Source: a virus
Lineage: Duplodnaviria > Caudoviricetes
Strand: one strand, 5' to 3'
DNA length: 53,979 bases
IMG/VR virus record: IMGVR_UViG_3300032893_000062
Span: 1-53,979 of that record
The translations under genes were made by a program, and so were the position numbers. Positions 7,782 through 17,250 of this stretch are shown here, one piece after another. The number at the start of each line of letters is the position of its first letter. Positions within the stretch are counted from its first letter, which is position 1. Below the pieces are notes generated by a model, which saw only the letters and a list, made by a program, of their open reading frames with translations, was not told the DNA's origin and searched no databases.

Positions 7782-8211
7782 ATTTCACGTGGCCTGAAAG
7801 CAAGAGAACGAGGAACGTAGAGGCCACCCCGATGATGAACCCCCCGGCGCCCCATTCGACGAGCCGCCACGGGTCGACATGCGGGACGACTCCGGGGAAC
7901 TTCCACGGACCCATCGTCAGGTTATACTTCAGCTTCCCGTCGATAGAGACGACTACGGGCCCGTCGAGGGAGACCGAAGCGTCCTTGTCCGTGAGGAAGA
8001 TGTGAAGCCCCGGCATCGTGATGACGGGCGTTGCCGTGTAGACCCCGAAGATCCACGCCGGTGCGTCGAGCTTCCCTGAATCGATCAAAGCCTTGATCTG
8101 ATCCTCGGAAGTTACCCCGTCGGCGCGGGAAACAGAGACCACCCCGAACATAAGAATCGCAACGATGAGAAGTCCGACCATCAGCAAAACATGATCACGA
8201 GAGAGGCGCAT
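7780..8211 (-). CDS. Membrane or secreted protein, lysis module
   Basis: N-terminal signal-like hydrophobic helix and C-terminal TM helix. Confidence 0.55.
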   Translation of the reverse strand: MRLSRDHVLLMVGLLIVAILMFGVVSVSRADGVTSEDQIKALIDSGKLDAPAWIFGVYTATPVITMPGLHIFLTDKDASVSLDGPVVVSIDGKLKYNLTMGPWKFPGVVPHVDPWRLVEWGAGGFIIGVASTFLVLLLSGHVK

Positions 8212-8548
8212 TCTGAACCTCCACTTGAACCTTTCCCCCCGGGACTTGCCCGACCGCCTTGACGTCGGTTGCCTTGATCCCGAGAGGTGCTGTGTCGACA
8301 ACCCCCCAGCTCCCGTCCGGCTGATGCACCGAAAGGTGAGTCGAATCGATCACAGCGAATGGGACAGGACTTTGTGCGTTGGGGACAAGGACTCCCGTGA
8401 GGAGCTTCCCCACGACGTTGATCACCTTCCTTCCCAGCCAGATCGCCGCGATCGTAGCCGCGACCGTCAACAGCATCTTCCAGTGGGCCTTCAGGAACGA
8501 CAAGAACGGCCCTTTCAACCAGTCCAGAACCTTCTTCATATTTGCCAT
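8195..8548 (-). CDS. Membrane protein, lysis module
   Basis: One TM segment (MLLTVAATIAAIWLG). Confidence 0.55.
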   Translation of the reverse strand: MANMKKVLDWLKGPFLSFLKAHWKMLLTVAATIAAIWLGRKVINVVGKLLTGVLVPNAQSPVPFAVIDSTHLSVHQPDGSWGVVDTAPLGIKATDVKAVGQVPGGKVQVEVQNAPLS

Positions 8549-8614
8549 CCTCCCCTTAAAATGCCCCCGGAGGCCCCAAGGAACGCCCAGAATCGATCCG
8601 GGGGATGATTTCGA

Positions 8615-8971
8615 CTACGGATTCGTCGGGGACGCCGGCGGTGCCACCTTGGCGACGATCCCCGAAAGGACCTGCGGGATCGACTGGACGATGATCTGGT
8701 ACGCCAGCTCAGTGACCGCCAGCGCCAGCAGCCCGATCGCCACTCCCCACAGCCAGAACAGGGCCACCGACGGAAGCACCAGCGGCGCAACCAACTGCCC
8801 GGCCGCAAGACACAGGATCGGCGACGCCACCGACGGGAACCATCCAGGCAGCGGGGTCTTCTTCCACGCCGGCCACCCTTTCACCCACTCGATCAGCCCG
8901 ACCACCATAACGGCGGCCCCGACGATCGACAGAACGACAAGCTTCAAGTCCATACTCTCCTCCTCAAACAA
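8615..8971 (-). CDS. Holin-like membrane protein
   Basis: About 3 hydrophobic helices in 118 aa, next to cell-wall enzymes. Confidence 0.6.
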   Translation of the reverse strand: MFEEESMDLKLVVLSIVGAAVMVVGLIEWVKGWPAWKKTPLPGWFPSVASPILCLAAGQLVAPLVLPSVALFWLWGVAIGLLALAVTELAYQIIVQSIPQVLSGIVAKVAPPASPTNP

Positions 8972-9524
8972 CAGAGATTTGAACGGCTTCCCCGGCCGCC
9001 TTCACCGCCAGATACTGCTGGCACAGCCACGTCGCATCATCGGAGCTCGACATCCGGATGCACCCGTCAGTCGTCTTCCAGATCGCGTCGAAGTGAAACT
9101 CGTAACCCCAATCCTCTACGAAATCTCCGATCGGGGATACGTAGTGCAGCGCCACGTGTCCCGTACCTTTGCAGGTCGGACAGTCCTCAAGTTTTCCGTC
9201 ATCCCCATCGACCGATCTCGTCCCGTGGCAGACGGGACAGACGTCCGATACCTCCCACCTCTCGACAAGTTGATGGGCGTCCGTCTGCAGGACCCACGGG
9301 GCGAGTTCAGGGTCCTTCTCCTCTCGGGCCCCGATCACGTTCCACGTCCCGATCGGGAACGGCTTCGGCATGTAGGGATATCCCTGGCTGCCATCGGCGT
9401 TCAGGGAGTAGATGACGGGGAGCTTCTCCTTGATCCGGTCCGCCTGAAGGCAACTCACCATGAGGAGCTTCCCGAAGGCGGTCAACTGCGTTCGACCTGC
9501 ACTCACGACGATCAATTCACTCAT
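8964..9524 (-). CDS. L,D-transpeptidase (YkuD)-like cell-wall enzyme with CxxCxG zinc-finger insert
   Basis: FPIGTW...YEFH...TTDGCIR (His/Cys motif); insert CPVCHGT...CPTCKGTG. Confidence 0.55.
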   Translation of the reverse strand: MSELIVVSAGRTQLTAFGKLLMVSCLQADRIKEKLPVIYSLNADGSQGYPYMPKPFPIGTWNVIGAREEKDPELAPWVLQTDAHQLVERWEVSDVCPVCHGTRSVDGDDGKLEDCPTCKGTGHVALHYVSPIGDFVEDWGYEFHFDAIWKTTDGCIRMSSSDDATWLCQQYLAVKAAGEAVQISVV

Positions 9525-10207
9525 CAGAACATCTCCGGGAACGCCGCCGCGAACCGGCGGTCGAGCTCCCACTCGTGCCTCAACAGGGCAACGACGTAGT
9601 CGATCTGTCGCTGGTCCAGACCGGTCGGAGCACCCTTGTTGTATGCCGCCGCCGCCGCCTCGAAGCTCAGGTCCCACCGGTCCTTTGCGTCCATGAGGTG
9701 CTGTACCCCGAACGGGATGTTAACTTCTATTCGCTGCAGGTCCGCCACGCTGTACGTCTTGTACGTGTAAGTGTTTAACCCCATCGGCCGGACGTCGAAA
9801 CTCCCGTTCTGATTCGGCCCGTCCATCCGCTCTATCTGATGTCCGCCCTCGTACCACCCGAGCGACATCGCGAAGTCGATCGGGACCGGATGGACCCCAT
9901 CCCCCTCCTGCGCCGCCTGAATGTACAGTGCCGCCCGGACGGGATCTCCGACTTCGATGGCGTAGAAATCGTACACCCTTGACGCCTGACCGGCCAGGAT
10001 CAGCTTGGCAACCGCGGCGTTGATCTCCATCCGGGTCGGGGTCCTCCAGGTGGCAGCCGCCGTCCGTTGACTCATCGCCTCGAACCCTCGGTAGACGAAC
10101 GTCGCAAGGACGATCGACATGACGAAGCACCCCGCCATAAGGATGTACAGCAGATCGAGCTTCGTGAACCGTCTTTTCCTTTCTTCCATAGACTCTCCTT
10201 CGGTCAT
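9524..10207 (-). CDS. Membrane-anchored lytic transglycosylase (SLT-like endolysin)
   Basis: N-terminal TM; WYEGG (catalytic Glu), NQNGSFDVRPMGLN, NIPFG..HL, AAYNKG. Confidence 0.75.
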   Translation of the reverse strand: MTEGESMEERKRRFTKLDLLYILMAGCFVMSIVLATFVYRGFEAMSQRTAAATWRTPTRMEINAAVAKLILAGQASRVYDFYAIEVGDPVRAALYIQAAQEGDGVHPVPIDFAMSLGWYEGGHQIERMDGPNQNGSFDVRPMGLNTYTYKTYSVADLQRIEVNIPFGVQHLMDAKDRWDLSFEAAAAAYNKGAPTGLDQRQIDYVVALLRHEWELDRRFAAAFPEMF

Positions 10208-10407
10208 ATTATACCACCTCCGTCAATCTTGGCCCCGACCACGGCGGTCATCTGCTGACCCTGAACGGTGGTTTCCAGATCCTTGACAGGCGGTGGAACC
10301 TGCCGGTCGACCTTCCCCTCGATCGCGTTCAACTTCCTGAACGCCACCGCCAAGAACACCATCGTCACCATCTGGAAAAGCAAAATCAACATCACGATCA
10401 CGCTCAT
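10204..10407 (-). CDS. Small membrane protein
   Basis: N-terminal TM helix; overlaps the next gene. Confidence 0.5.
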   Translation of the reverse strand: MSVIVMLILLFQMVTMVFLAVAFRKLNAIEGKVDRQVPPPVKDLETTVQGQQMTAVVGAKIDGGGII

Positions 10408-10501
10408 CCGTCACCCCCTTGGTAAACGGGGCCGCGACCGCCGGAAGGAGAGAAAACCGGACGGCCGCATCGCCCCTACCCGCATCAGCGGGATCATCTC
10501 C

Positions 10502-10924
10502 TCACTTGAACACATGCAGGATCACCTGCTCGCCGATCAATCCTACGAGCGGGACCCCAACCCCCACGATCAGCCACACCAGCACCCTACGGACGGTGTC
10601 GGACATCTCCTTCTCGACCCTTCCTACCGAAACCCTGAGCTCCTTGACGTCCTGCTTTCGCTCGTCGACGTTCCTTGTGATCCGGTTGTTGATTTCAGTC
10701 ACGTCCTCGCGGTGCTTCTCGGCCAGATTCTGCACGTCGCGCTGGATCGAGTCGACGATCCGCTTGGTAAGGTCATTCAGACTGGAGATCCCGGCCTCGA
10801 TCCGCCCCTGGCCCTCGGCGATCTCAAGGTGCAGCTTCCGGTTCTCGGCCTGGTCCTGCTCCAGGCGGTCGACCCGCTGCTGCAGGTCGCGGTGCTCGTC
10901 TCGGCTCGGTCCTTCGGCCATCAT
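10502..10924 (-). CDS. Coiled-coil protein with C-terminal TM (holin/XhlA-like architecture)
   Basis: Heptad-rich body followed by VLVWLIVGVGVPLVGLIG. Confidence 0.55.
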   Translation of the reverse strand: MMAEGPSRDEHRDLQQRVDRLEQDQAENRKLHLEIAEGQGRIEAGISSLNDLTKRIVDSIQRDVQNLAEKHREDVTEINNRITRNVDERKQDVKELRVSVGRVEKEMSDTVRRVLVWLIVGVGVPLVGLIGEQVILHVFK

Positions 10925-11901
10925 CCGACCCTCTTAGCTTCGATGATGATGTTACCATTCCCGGATCCGGCTACAAACGAGATGGTTGGAGTAGATCCAT
11001 CCTGGGTCATGAGGTTCAGATAATACGTAGTCAAAATTGGAACGTTGATTCTCTTGCTCTTACTGACCGTACTTCCAGAGCTGGTGCTTGGAGAAGCCGT
11101 TTCAGCGGTCAAATCCTGATCAGATTCAGAATTGTTTGCCGTCGACAAAGTCCCCGACACCCTGTTTCCTGCTGAATTGCCAACCATATTGGCCATCCAC
11201 CGGGCCTCGTGAGATCCAGGAGGCAATTGCAAGGTACCACCCTTGTTGTACCATGTCGAAGCCACCGCCAACGCTTGACTCTGGGTTGTAGTTATCACAT
11301 TTCGATACCATGATCCGTCGCATGACTCCACTACCCACCCATACCCCGAAGGCGCCCCAGAGACCGACGGCCGCACGCGCAGGTGTCCATACTGCTCGGT
11401 GATCTGCCACGTCCCGTTCGTGAACCCCGCCAACCCGTCGTTGACGTTCAGGAGTTTCACCAGCACCGACCCGTAGCCCGAGCCGAGCATGTTGGTCGCC
11501 CCCGCATTGTGGTTCTGGATGTCGACCTCGAACCCTGCGGCCAGGGCCGACCCTGCCGAGGGTAGCGTCACGGTGTACGTGCTCCCCGATCCGAGCGCCG
11601 TGATGATGGTCCCGCTCCCTATCGGGACGGTGAGAGCGCTCCCCGTCGTCATGCGGACGCAGTTCATTATGGCGAGAGCCTGCTGGACGACGTTCGAGAC
11701 TGCCGTCCCCACCTGATTGTCATAGGAGGCGTTCTGGACGACCCCCCCAAGCGTCAGGAGGTTGTTCAACTCCAGCGTCAGGTGCCCCCACATCCAGTTG
11801 TAATGCTGCGCCGCCAAGGGGTTACCGGGAACGTACCCGTTGAGGATCAAAGCGGCGGAAGGAGCGGTCAAAACACCGGCCGTGGCGAAAGAAGGAATCA
11901 T
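10921..11901 (-). CDS. Tail fibre or receptor-binding protein 2
   Basis: N-terminal GYVPGNPLAAQHYNW...ELNNLL baseplate-anchor motif shared with 12184..13287. Confidence 0.75.
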   Translation of the reverse strand: MIPSFATAGVLTAPSAALILNGYVPGNPLAAQHYNWMWGHLTLELNNLLTLGGVVQNASYDNQVGTAVSNVVQQALAIMNCVRMTTGSALTVPIGSGTIITALGSGSTYTVTLPSAGSALAAGFEVDIQNHNAGATNMLGSGYGSVLVKLLNVNDGLAGFTNGTWQITEQYGHLRVRPSVSGAPSGYGWVVESCDGSWYRNVITTTQSQALAVASTWYNKGGTLQLPPGSHEARWMANMVGNSAGNRVSGTLSTANNSESDQDLTAETASPSTSSGSTVSKSKRINVPILTTYYLNLMTQDGSTPTISFVAGSGNGNIIIEAKRVG

Positions 11902-11914
11902 GGGGAACCCCCTC

Positions 11915-11943
11915 TGGACAAGTTATAACTTCTGTGATACCTT
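11915..11943 (+). promoter_or_regulatory. Plus-strand promoter with palindromic operator
   Basis: TGGACA-17 nt-TACCTT with extended TG; AGTTATAACT at 11921-11930. Confidence 0.6.
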
Positions 11944-11969
11944 TGAGAGTGTACAGGAGGTACAGAGAA

Positions 11970-12146
11970 ATGAGTGGAGTGATTGGATTGATCGCGATCA
12001 TGATCGCAACAGCGGTCTGCGGGACCACGTCGGATAGGCTGGACGCCAAAGGGTACCAGCAACCGAAGAGCGCGTCGACAGCGTTCTATCAGGCATGGAT
12101 CGCTCCGGACAACACCAGTGGACCCGACAAACCGCAGGGGAAGTGA
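11970..12146 (+). CDS. Small secreted or lipoprotein-like moron protein, 58 aa
   Basis: AGGAGG RBS at 11955-11960; hydrophobic N-terminus ending in Cys; own promoter and terminator. Confidence 0.6.
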   Translation: MSGVIGLIAIMIATAVCGTTSDRLDAKGYQQPKSASTAFYQAWIAPDNTSGPDKPQGK

Positions 12147-12152
12147 ACTAGC

Positions 12153-12181
12153 AAAGACGGCTTTCGGGCCGTCTTTTTTTT
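12153..12181 (+). terminator. Intrinsic terminator
   Basis: AAAGACGGC-tttcgg-GCCGTCTTT plus T-run. Confidence 0.8.
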
Positions 12182-12183
12182 GT

Positions 12184-13287
12184 CTAGTATTCGATGACAA
12201 TCCGCCCTCGCATTCCGTTTCCGCCAGAGGCTGCGCTGCCGGCCCCCCCCACAGCTCCACTCCCTCCGGCTCCGTCGACGGTGGCGTTGATCCCAGCAAC
12301 CTGAGTCCCCGAAGATGCCATCAATATGAATCTGGCTCCAGGTCCGTATATACTGCCTCCACCATACCCAGATATCGCCTGACCGGTCGTCCCGCTCGCC
12401 AAGCTGAAATATGCCGGACCTCCGTCTCCACCGTTGATGTTGATCTGTCCCCCGACGGCAGATGGCCCCGGAGTCCCTGAGAGTATGTTCCCTGCGCTCC
12501 CGCTCCCTCCAGTCCCCCCAGTTCCCGTCAAAATGTTGGTGCCATCATTGATCAACGAACTGGTCCCTGAACTTCCGGGAGCCGTGCTGGCGGCTCCGCT
12601 CCCTCCCAACCCTACGGTGTAAACCAAGGCAGCATTCGCCATCTCCGTGATCACTGAGATGGCGGTTGCACCACCAGTTCCGCCGGCCCCGAGCGTGGTG
12701 CCTGATGTTCCTCCACCACCTCCTCCGCCACCAGTCACGATGCATTTGTAGGAACCCTTCCAAGGTGTGAACCAAGTCTGCGCCGATCCAGAGGTGAACG
12801 TCTGAAGGAAGGCGTTCCCGCCGATCTTGCACCACGCCGAGCCGTCCCAGAGCAGACGGACCGCACCGCTCCCGAGGAACGCGCTCCCGGAGCCGTTAAC
12901 GATCATCACGCCGGAGCCCGCCAGAGACTCGACAATCAGTTCGATTCCAGGCCGTGCCGCTCCAGCCGTTATGACGTAGTTCGAACTTCCCGAAAGGTTT
13001 GCGAACTGAACGAGCATATTCCCCGCGAACTGCGAGGCGGTTGTGATCGTCCCGCTGGTCGAGATCAGAACGTTGGTCCTTCCTATCGCCTTCAAAACTT
13101 GACTGTCGTCGGCGGTCGACTGCGAAAGCCCCTGTGCCGAAAGGACGTTGTTCAGCTCCGCCGTCAGGTGGTAGAGGTACCAGTTGAAATGCTGCGCCCC
13201 GAGAGGATTCCCAGGAACGTATCCGCTCGAAAGAAGCGGGGCGGAAGGGGCGATCAAGACGGCTGCGGTTCCGAAGACTGGGATCAT
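12184..13287 (-). CDS. Tail fibre protein 1 with glycine-rich C-terminal domain
   Basis: Follows baseplate wedge genes; GYVPGNPLGAQHFNW; VTGGGGGGGG...GRIVIEY. Confidence 0.8.
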   Translation of the reverse strand: MIPVFGTAAVLIAPSAPLLSSGYVPGNPLGAQHFNWYLYHLTAELNNVLSAQGLSQSTADDSQVLKAIGRTNVLISTSGTITTASQFAGNMLVQFANLSGSSNYVITAGAARPGIELIVESLAGSGVMIVNGSGSAFLGSGAVRLLWDGSAWCKIGGNAFLQTFTSGSAQTWFTPWKGSYKCIVTGGGGGGGGTSGTTLGAGGTGGATAISVITEMANAALVYTVGLGGSGAASTAPGSSGTSSLINDGTNILTGTGGTGGSGSAGNILSGTPGPSAVGGQININGGDGGPAYFSLASGTTGQAISGYGGGSIYGPGARFILMASSGTQVAGINATVDGAGGSGAVGGAGSAASGGNGMRGRIVIEY

Positions 13288-13289
13288 GG

Positions 13290-13907
13290 CTATGGCTCCT
13301 CAAAGACGACGAGCGGCAGAGTCTCCAGCGCCGCCACGACTGAGTTGATGATGTAGAGGTACCGGATGTCGATGTACGTCGTGAAAACCACCGTCACGTT
13401 GTCGTATGCGTTCCACGAGATCGTGTACCCCGTCCCCCCGCCGCCGGTGTTCGCCCAAGCGGCAAGCTCGTCGATGACTTGAATCGAAAGTCCGTTGTAC
13501 ATCGCCTCCGCGTAGATCGGGAGGAGCGCCTGGTACCACGTGGCAGGCATGGTGTTGTTGGCCGCCGGAATCGCCGTGTCAAACTCCCCGCCGGGTCCCG
13601 AGGGCCACGTCGATGCGTCCGAAAGCCCGTACGTCGTTGAGTTCACGGGAGGGAGCGAGGCGTCGGAGAGGATCAAGAGGTACTGATTCGTGAAGACGTT
13701 CGTCACCAGCGGACGCGGGTACCCGACGAGTTCCCCTACGTAGTCCAGCGTGGCGTCCACGTCCTGCGCCGTCGCAATCGACAGCGCCGACCAGTACTGA
13801 ATGAGCGCCAGCGGCTCCTGAATTGCGTTCAACATCCCCTGGACGGTCGCCTGAACGACGGGTCCGCTGAACTGAGAGGAAAGATAGTCGGTCGCGTTCG
13901 CGCTCAT
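13290..13907 (-). CDS. Baseplate wedge protein (DUF2612-like)
   Basis: LSSQF...SIATA...TLDYVGELVGYPR; directly after baseplate J-like gene. Confidence 0.7.
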   Translation of the reverse strand: MSANATDYLSSQFSGPVVQATVQGMLNAIQEPLALIQYWSALSIATAQDVDATLDYVGELVGYPRPLVTNVFTNQYLLILSDASLPPVNSTTYGLSDASTWPSGPGGEFDTAIPAANNTMPATWYQALLPIYAEAMYNGLSIQVIDELAAWANTGGGGTGYTISWNAYDNVTVVFTTYIDIRYLYIINSVVAALETLPLVVFEEP

Positions 13908-15358
13908 CCTGCCGCCACCGTCACATTCGCCGACGGGATCGAGGGGAGCGCGTTCCCGTTGACTATGACCTCGTTGTGCCAGCTCGTGTTGTCGAGCGAC
14001 ACCGCAACTCCCGTGACCACGGCGTACGTGTACCCCGCCGCCGCGATGGCGGAAGCGATCGCCGCCCCCGTCACGTGTGCGCCTATCGTCCAGGGGATCC
14101 CCGCGACTATCGCCTGGAGCGTCGTGTCGAACCCGACCTGCGTCGGCGTCCCCGCCTCGTAGTAGACCGTGACATAGACGTTCTGAGCGACTGCGTTGTC
14201 GTACTGAACGGCGATCAACTGTCCTGCGGCCGTCATGTAGGGCTGGACGTTCTTCGCCGTGAAGGTGACCGTCGCCCCCGCCGCCTCGTTTGTGACCGTG
14301 GCGCTCGAAGGGGCAACGACGATGCTCGACCCCGAGACCGAACCGACCTTGAACGTGAAGTTGTTCGACCCGCTCCCGGTCACCGACCACCACTGGCCGG
14401 CGACGAATCCAGCCGTCGAGAAACTCCCCCCTGCGGAGGTGATGGTGTTCCCGGACGCCGCGAACGTGAAGTCGCTCCTCGAGAAGTTCGCCGGCGCCCC
14501 CGGACCGACGGAGAAGGTCTGAATGAGCATCCGCTCCGCGTACGCCGTAGCTATCGCATCCCCCGTTATGTCGCTTCCTGCGACGACGATGTATGCCGAA
14601 AGCGGCGGAACGTTGATCGGCCCCTGAAGGACGAGGTTCACCGTCGGCGACTGGTTCAAGTAGACCGCGCTCTGCGTGATCCCCTGGATCGACGCTATCG
14701 CCCGAGCGGTCCCCTGGAGGTTCTGGTTCGCCGTGTTCCCCTGAAGGAGTCGCTGTCGTATCTGCTGCGACGTCTCAACGTTCCTCCCGACGACGGCCGC
14801 CGCCGGGTTCGTGATCGACGCGACGTGCGGGACCGTCGTGGTGAAGGACGTAAGCGTCCCCGGGGGGACGGCTATCGGCCCGAGGACGTCGGCCTCACAG
14901 AGGAGGCTTCCGGAGCTCCCGCTCCCGAGCGTCAACGTCGCTTGAGCGACGAAGTTGCAGATCGTCCCGTATGCCGCCTTTGTTCCCGAGGGGACCGTCG
15001 CTCCGCTGGAGTCCGCCGTCACGACGAGGGTGACCAGGGAGTACGCCCCCGGGATGAAGGAAGTCCCCGTCATCGGTAGGGTAGATGCAAGCTGCGCATC
15101 TGTCTCCTCGGCTACGGAGAACATCTGCGACGCCCCGAGGAGGTCCTGGTCGTTGTCCGCGAGTATCTGCCCGAGAGATAGGCACATGATCCAAACGACG
15201 TTTCCGAGGGACGCGGCGAACTGAATGACGTTCCCGCTCCCATCGAGGACGTTGTTCGCTGCGAGCACCGCGTTGATCTGAGCGAGGATGTCGGCGGCGT
15301 GCTCCGAGGCGGAGGAAGGCTTCCACGTTCCCGCAGCGTATGACAAAAATGGGGGCAT
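13904..15358 (-). CDS. Baseplate J/gp47-like protein
   Basis: TVPSGT...CEADVLGPIAVPPGTLT...ITNPAAAVVGRNVETSQQIRQR. Confidence 0.85.
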   Translation of the reverse strand: MPPFLSYAAGTWKPSSASEHAADILAQINAVLAANNVLDGSGNVIQFAASLGNVVWIMCLSLGQILADNDQDLLGASQMFSVAEETDAQLASTLPMTGTSFIPGAYSLVTLVVTADSSGATVPSGTKAAYGTICNFVAQATLTLGSGSSGSLLCEADVLGPIAVPPGTLTSFTTTVPHVASITNPAAAVVGRNVETSQQIRQRLLQGNTANQNLQGTARAIASIQGITQSAVYLNQSPTVNLVLQGPINVPPLSAYIVVAGSDITGDAIATAYAERMLIQTFSVGPGAPANFSRSDFTFAASGNTITSAGGSFSTAGFVAGQWWSVTGSGSNNFTFKVGSVSGSSIVVAPSSATVTNEAAGATVTFTAKNVQPYMTAAGQLIAVQYDNAVAQNVYVTVYYEAGTPTQVGFDTTLQAIVAGIPWTIGAHVTGAAIASAIAAAGYTYAVVTGVAVSLDNTSWHNEVIVNGNALPSIPSANVTVAAG

Positions 15359-15362
15359 CGGA

Positions 15363-15722
15363 TCAACCTCCTGGCGACCCCTGGTTGGTCGCGTTCACCG
15401 TCAACGAATCGTCGTTCACCACGTCGTAGGTCGGATAGTAGTCGGCGTGCCCTCCGTTGGAGAGGTTCGACCGGATCTGCCCGTCGAGCTGGGCGAAAGT
15501 CGTTGAACCCGTCAAGAACCCGATCCAGTCGGGGCCGACCCCGGGGAGCTGGGGAATGGAGTTGAGGTACATCCCGCAGAGGACCTGCGCCTGCTGCGCG
15601 TCCTCATCAACTCCCGTGAGGATGTGGACGGCGTGCTGTCCCGTGGTAGCAGACGGAACATAGAGGTCGAGTTTCTGCGGCGTAACTCCTGCGGGCGGGA
15701 CCCCTATGACTTCTGCATCCAT
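15363..15722 (-). CDS. Putative baseplate wedge or sheath initiator
   Basis: Position between spike and baseplate J; PQLPGVGPDW motif. Confidence 0.5.
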   Translation of the reverse strand: MDAEVIGVPPAGVTPQKLDLYVPSATTGQHAVHILTGVDEDAQQAQVLCGMYLNSIPQLPGVGPDWIGFLTGSTTFAQLDGQIRSNLSNGGHADYYPTYDVVNDDSLTVNATNQGSPGG

Positions 15723-15736
15723 ACTCTCCTCTCCCC

Positions 15737-16318
15737 TCACGCCGCTAAGATCTGCGCCAACGCCGTCGTCACGGGAGTCAACGCCCCCGCTAGAGTAGTC
15801 GCCGCAGCCGCCAAACCAGTCGGCCCCGCCTCGCACGAGACGGCGAACGTCGAGAGGGCCGAAAGCAGGTTGTTGATGACCGTGAAAAGACTCGCCGCTG
15901 CGTTCTTCACGTGGAAAAGGTTGGCGGCGTCTATGACGATCTGCGCCTGCTTGCTTGCGGAGTACAGCGGAACCGCCTTCAGGGTCTCCTGCGTGTAGTG
16001 CCACGGGATGTCGGTCGTTGTCGGCGTCGCCCCGGCGGCGGTCTTCACGAAGTCCTTCCCCCCGAGGAGGAGGACGACGTCCCCGGTCGCTATCTGCCAT
16101 GTACCCGGGAACGGCCAGAGAACCTCCACCCGCTTCGTCACGGTAGGTTGTAGCGTCTGCCCGAACTTCTGCGGGATGATCGCGTGCTGAACGTCGACCG
16201 TAGTCTGGTCGGTGGCCTGCACGACCCCCACGTCGACGATGAACTTCGACGCGAGGATGTTCTCGATCAGCCACGCAGGCATCCGCCCAACTGCATCGTA
16301 GATCGTGCTCGTGCTCAC
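15737..16318 (-). CDS. Baseplate spike (Gp138/GpV-like)
   Basis: OB-fold pattern GVVQAT..TTVDVQ...VLWP...IATGDVVLLL; GTG start. Confidence 0.7.
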   Translation of the reverse strand: MSTSTIYDAVGRMPAWLIENILASKFIVDVGVVQATDQTTVDVQHAIIPQKFGQTLQPTVTKRVEVLWPFPGTWQIATGDVVLLLGGKDFVKTAAGATPTTTDIPWHYTQETLKAVPLYSASKQAQIVIDAANLFHVKNAAASLFTVINNLLSALSTFAVSCEAGPTGLAAAATTLAGALTPVTTALAQILAA

Positions 16319-17250
16319 GCCGTGGCCTCCGGAGCGGAAATCGAGACGAGGGACATGTAATTGGTTGCATCGGAGGTGCAGAAATCGAACTCCAGCATCA
16401 GGATCCGGAACGTGTTCCCCGACTTGACCTGCGACCCTCCGAAGCTCTGCCGGAAGTATTTCGGATCGACGATGATGATGTTCCCCGACGCCAAGCCCGG
16501 AACCCATGGGGCCTGAATCTCATACCCCGCCGATGTGTGCTTCGCCAGCGCGATGTAATCGAGCCTGACGAATTGCGATTGCGTCATCCCCAAGTTGGCA
16601 TGATACACTAGCAGCAGATTATTGTACGGGCAGATCCTTACTCCGGTAAAATTGTGATTTTCATCATAGGTTTCAAAAAGGGCTTCGACATGAGGAATCA
16701 TGTCTTTCATCATCCCATTGAATTGAATATCTTCAGGGAGAGCAATGTCAGGAGATATATTGTATACCAGAGTCAATCCCAATCCATCGGCAATATCCTG
16801 ACAGACGGTAGATAGCATAGTCCCGGCCGATTCGACCCCTCCGAAAATCGCATTGGTCCATGTATCAAGATTACCAAGCAATAATTGGAAACATGTCACT
16901 CCGTCAGGCCCCGGAAGCTCTTGGAAAGCGACGAGTATTGAACCCGTGAATCCGACCTGCAGCGTCTTCCGGTACCCCGCCTGAACTTTGACCGTCTTGT
17001 AGTCGGAAAGGGGTCGCGCGAGGTAGAGGTTCGTTATCCGAAGCTCCACCTGGAGGAGCGTGTTCTGCGGGATCAGTTTCCCCTTCAAGCGGATCGTAGG
17101 CTTCCTCCCCTGGCCGTCCCCCGGGGCCGGCGTCGTTATGAAGTCCGTCTCCCCGTCCGCCGTGACGAGTGTGACGTCGATCACCTTGTCCCAGAGGTCG
17201 ATCGAGTTGAAGTTTATCGTCGCGACGTTCGTCGACGGCATCTCAGTCAA
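16315..17250 (-). CDS. Baseplate hub protein
   Basis: LRITNL...VKVQAGY...FTGSI pattern; upstream of the spike. Confidence 0.7.
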   Translation of the reverse strand: MTEMPSTNVATINFNSIDLWDKVIDVTLVTADGETDFITTPAPGDGQGRKPTIRLKGKLIPQNTLLQVELRITNLYLARPLSDYKTVKVQAGYRKTLQVGFTGSILVAFQELPGPDGVTCFQLLLGNLDTWTNAIFGGVESAGTMLSTVCQDIADGLGLTLVYNISPDIALPEDIQFNGMMKDMIPHVEALFETYDENHNFTGVRICPYNNLLLVYHANLGMTQSQFVRLDYIALAKHTSAGYEIQAPWVPGLASGNIIIVDPKYFRQSFGGSQVKSGNTFRILMLEFDFCTSDATNYMSLVSISAPEATA

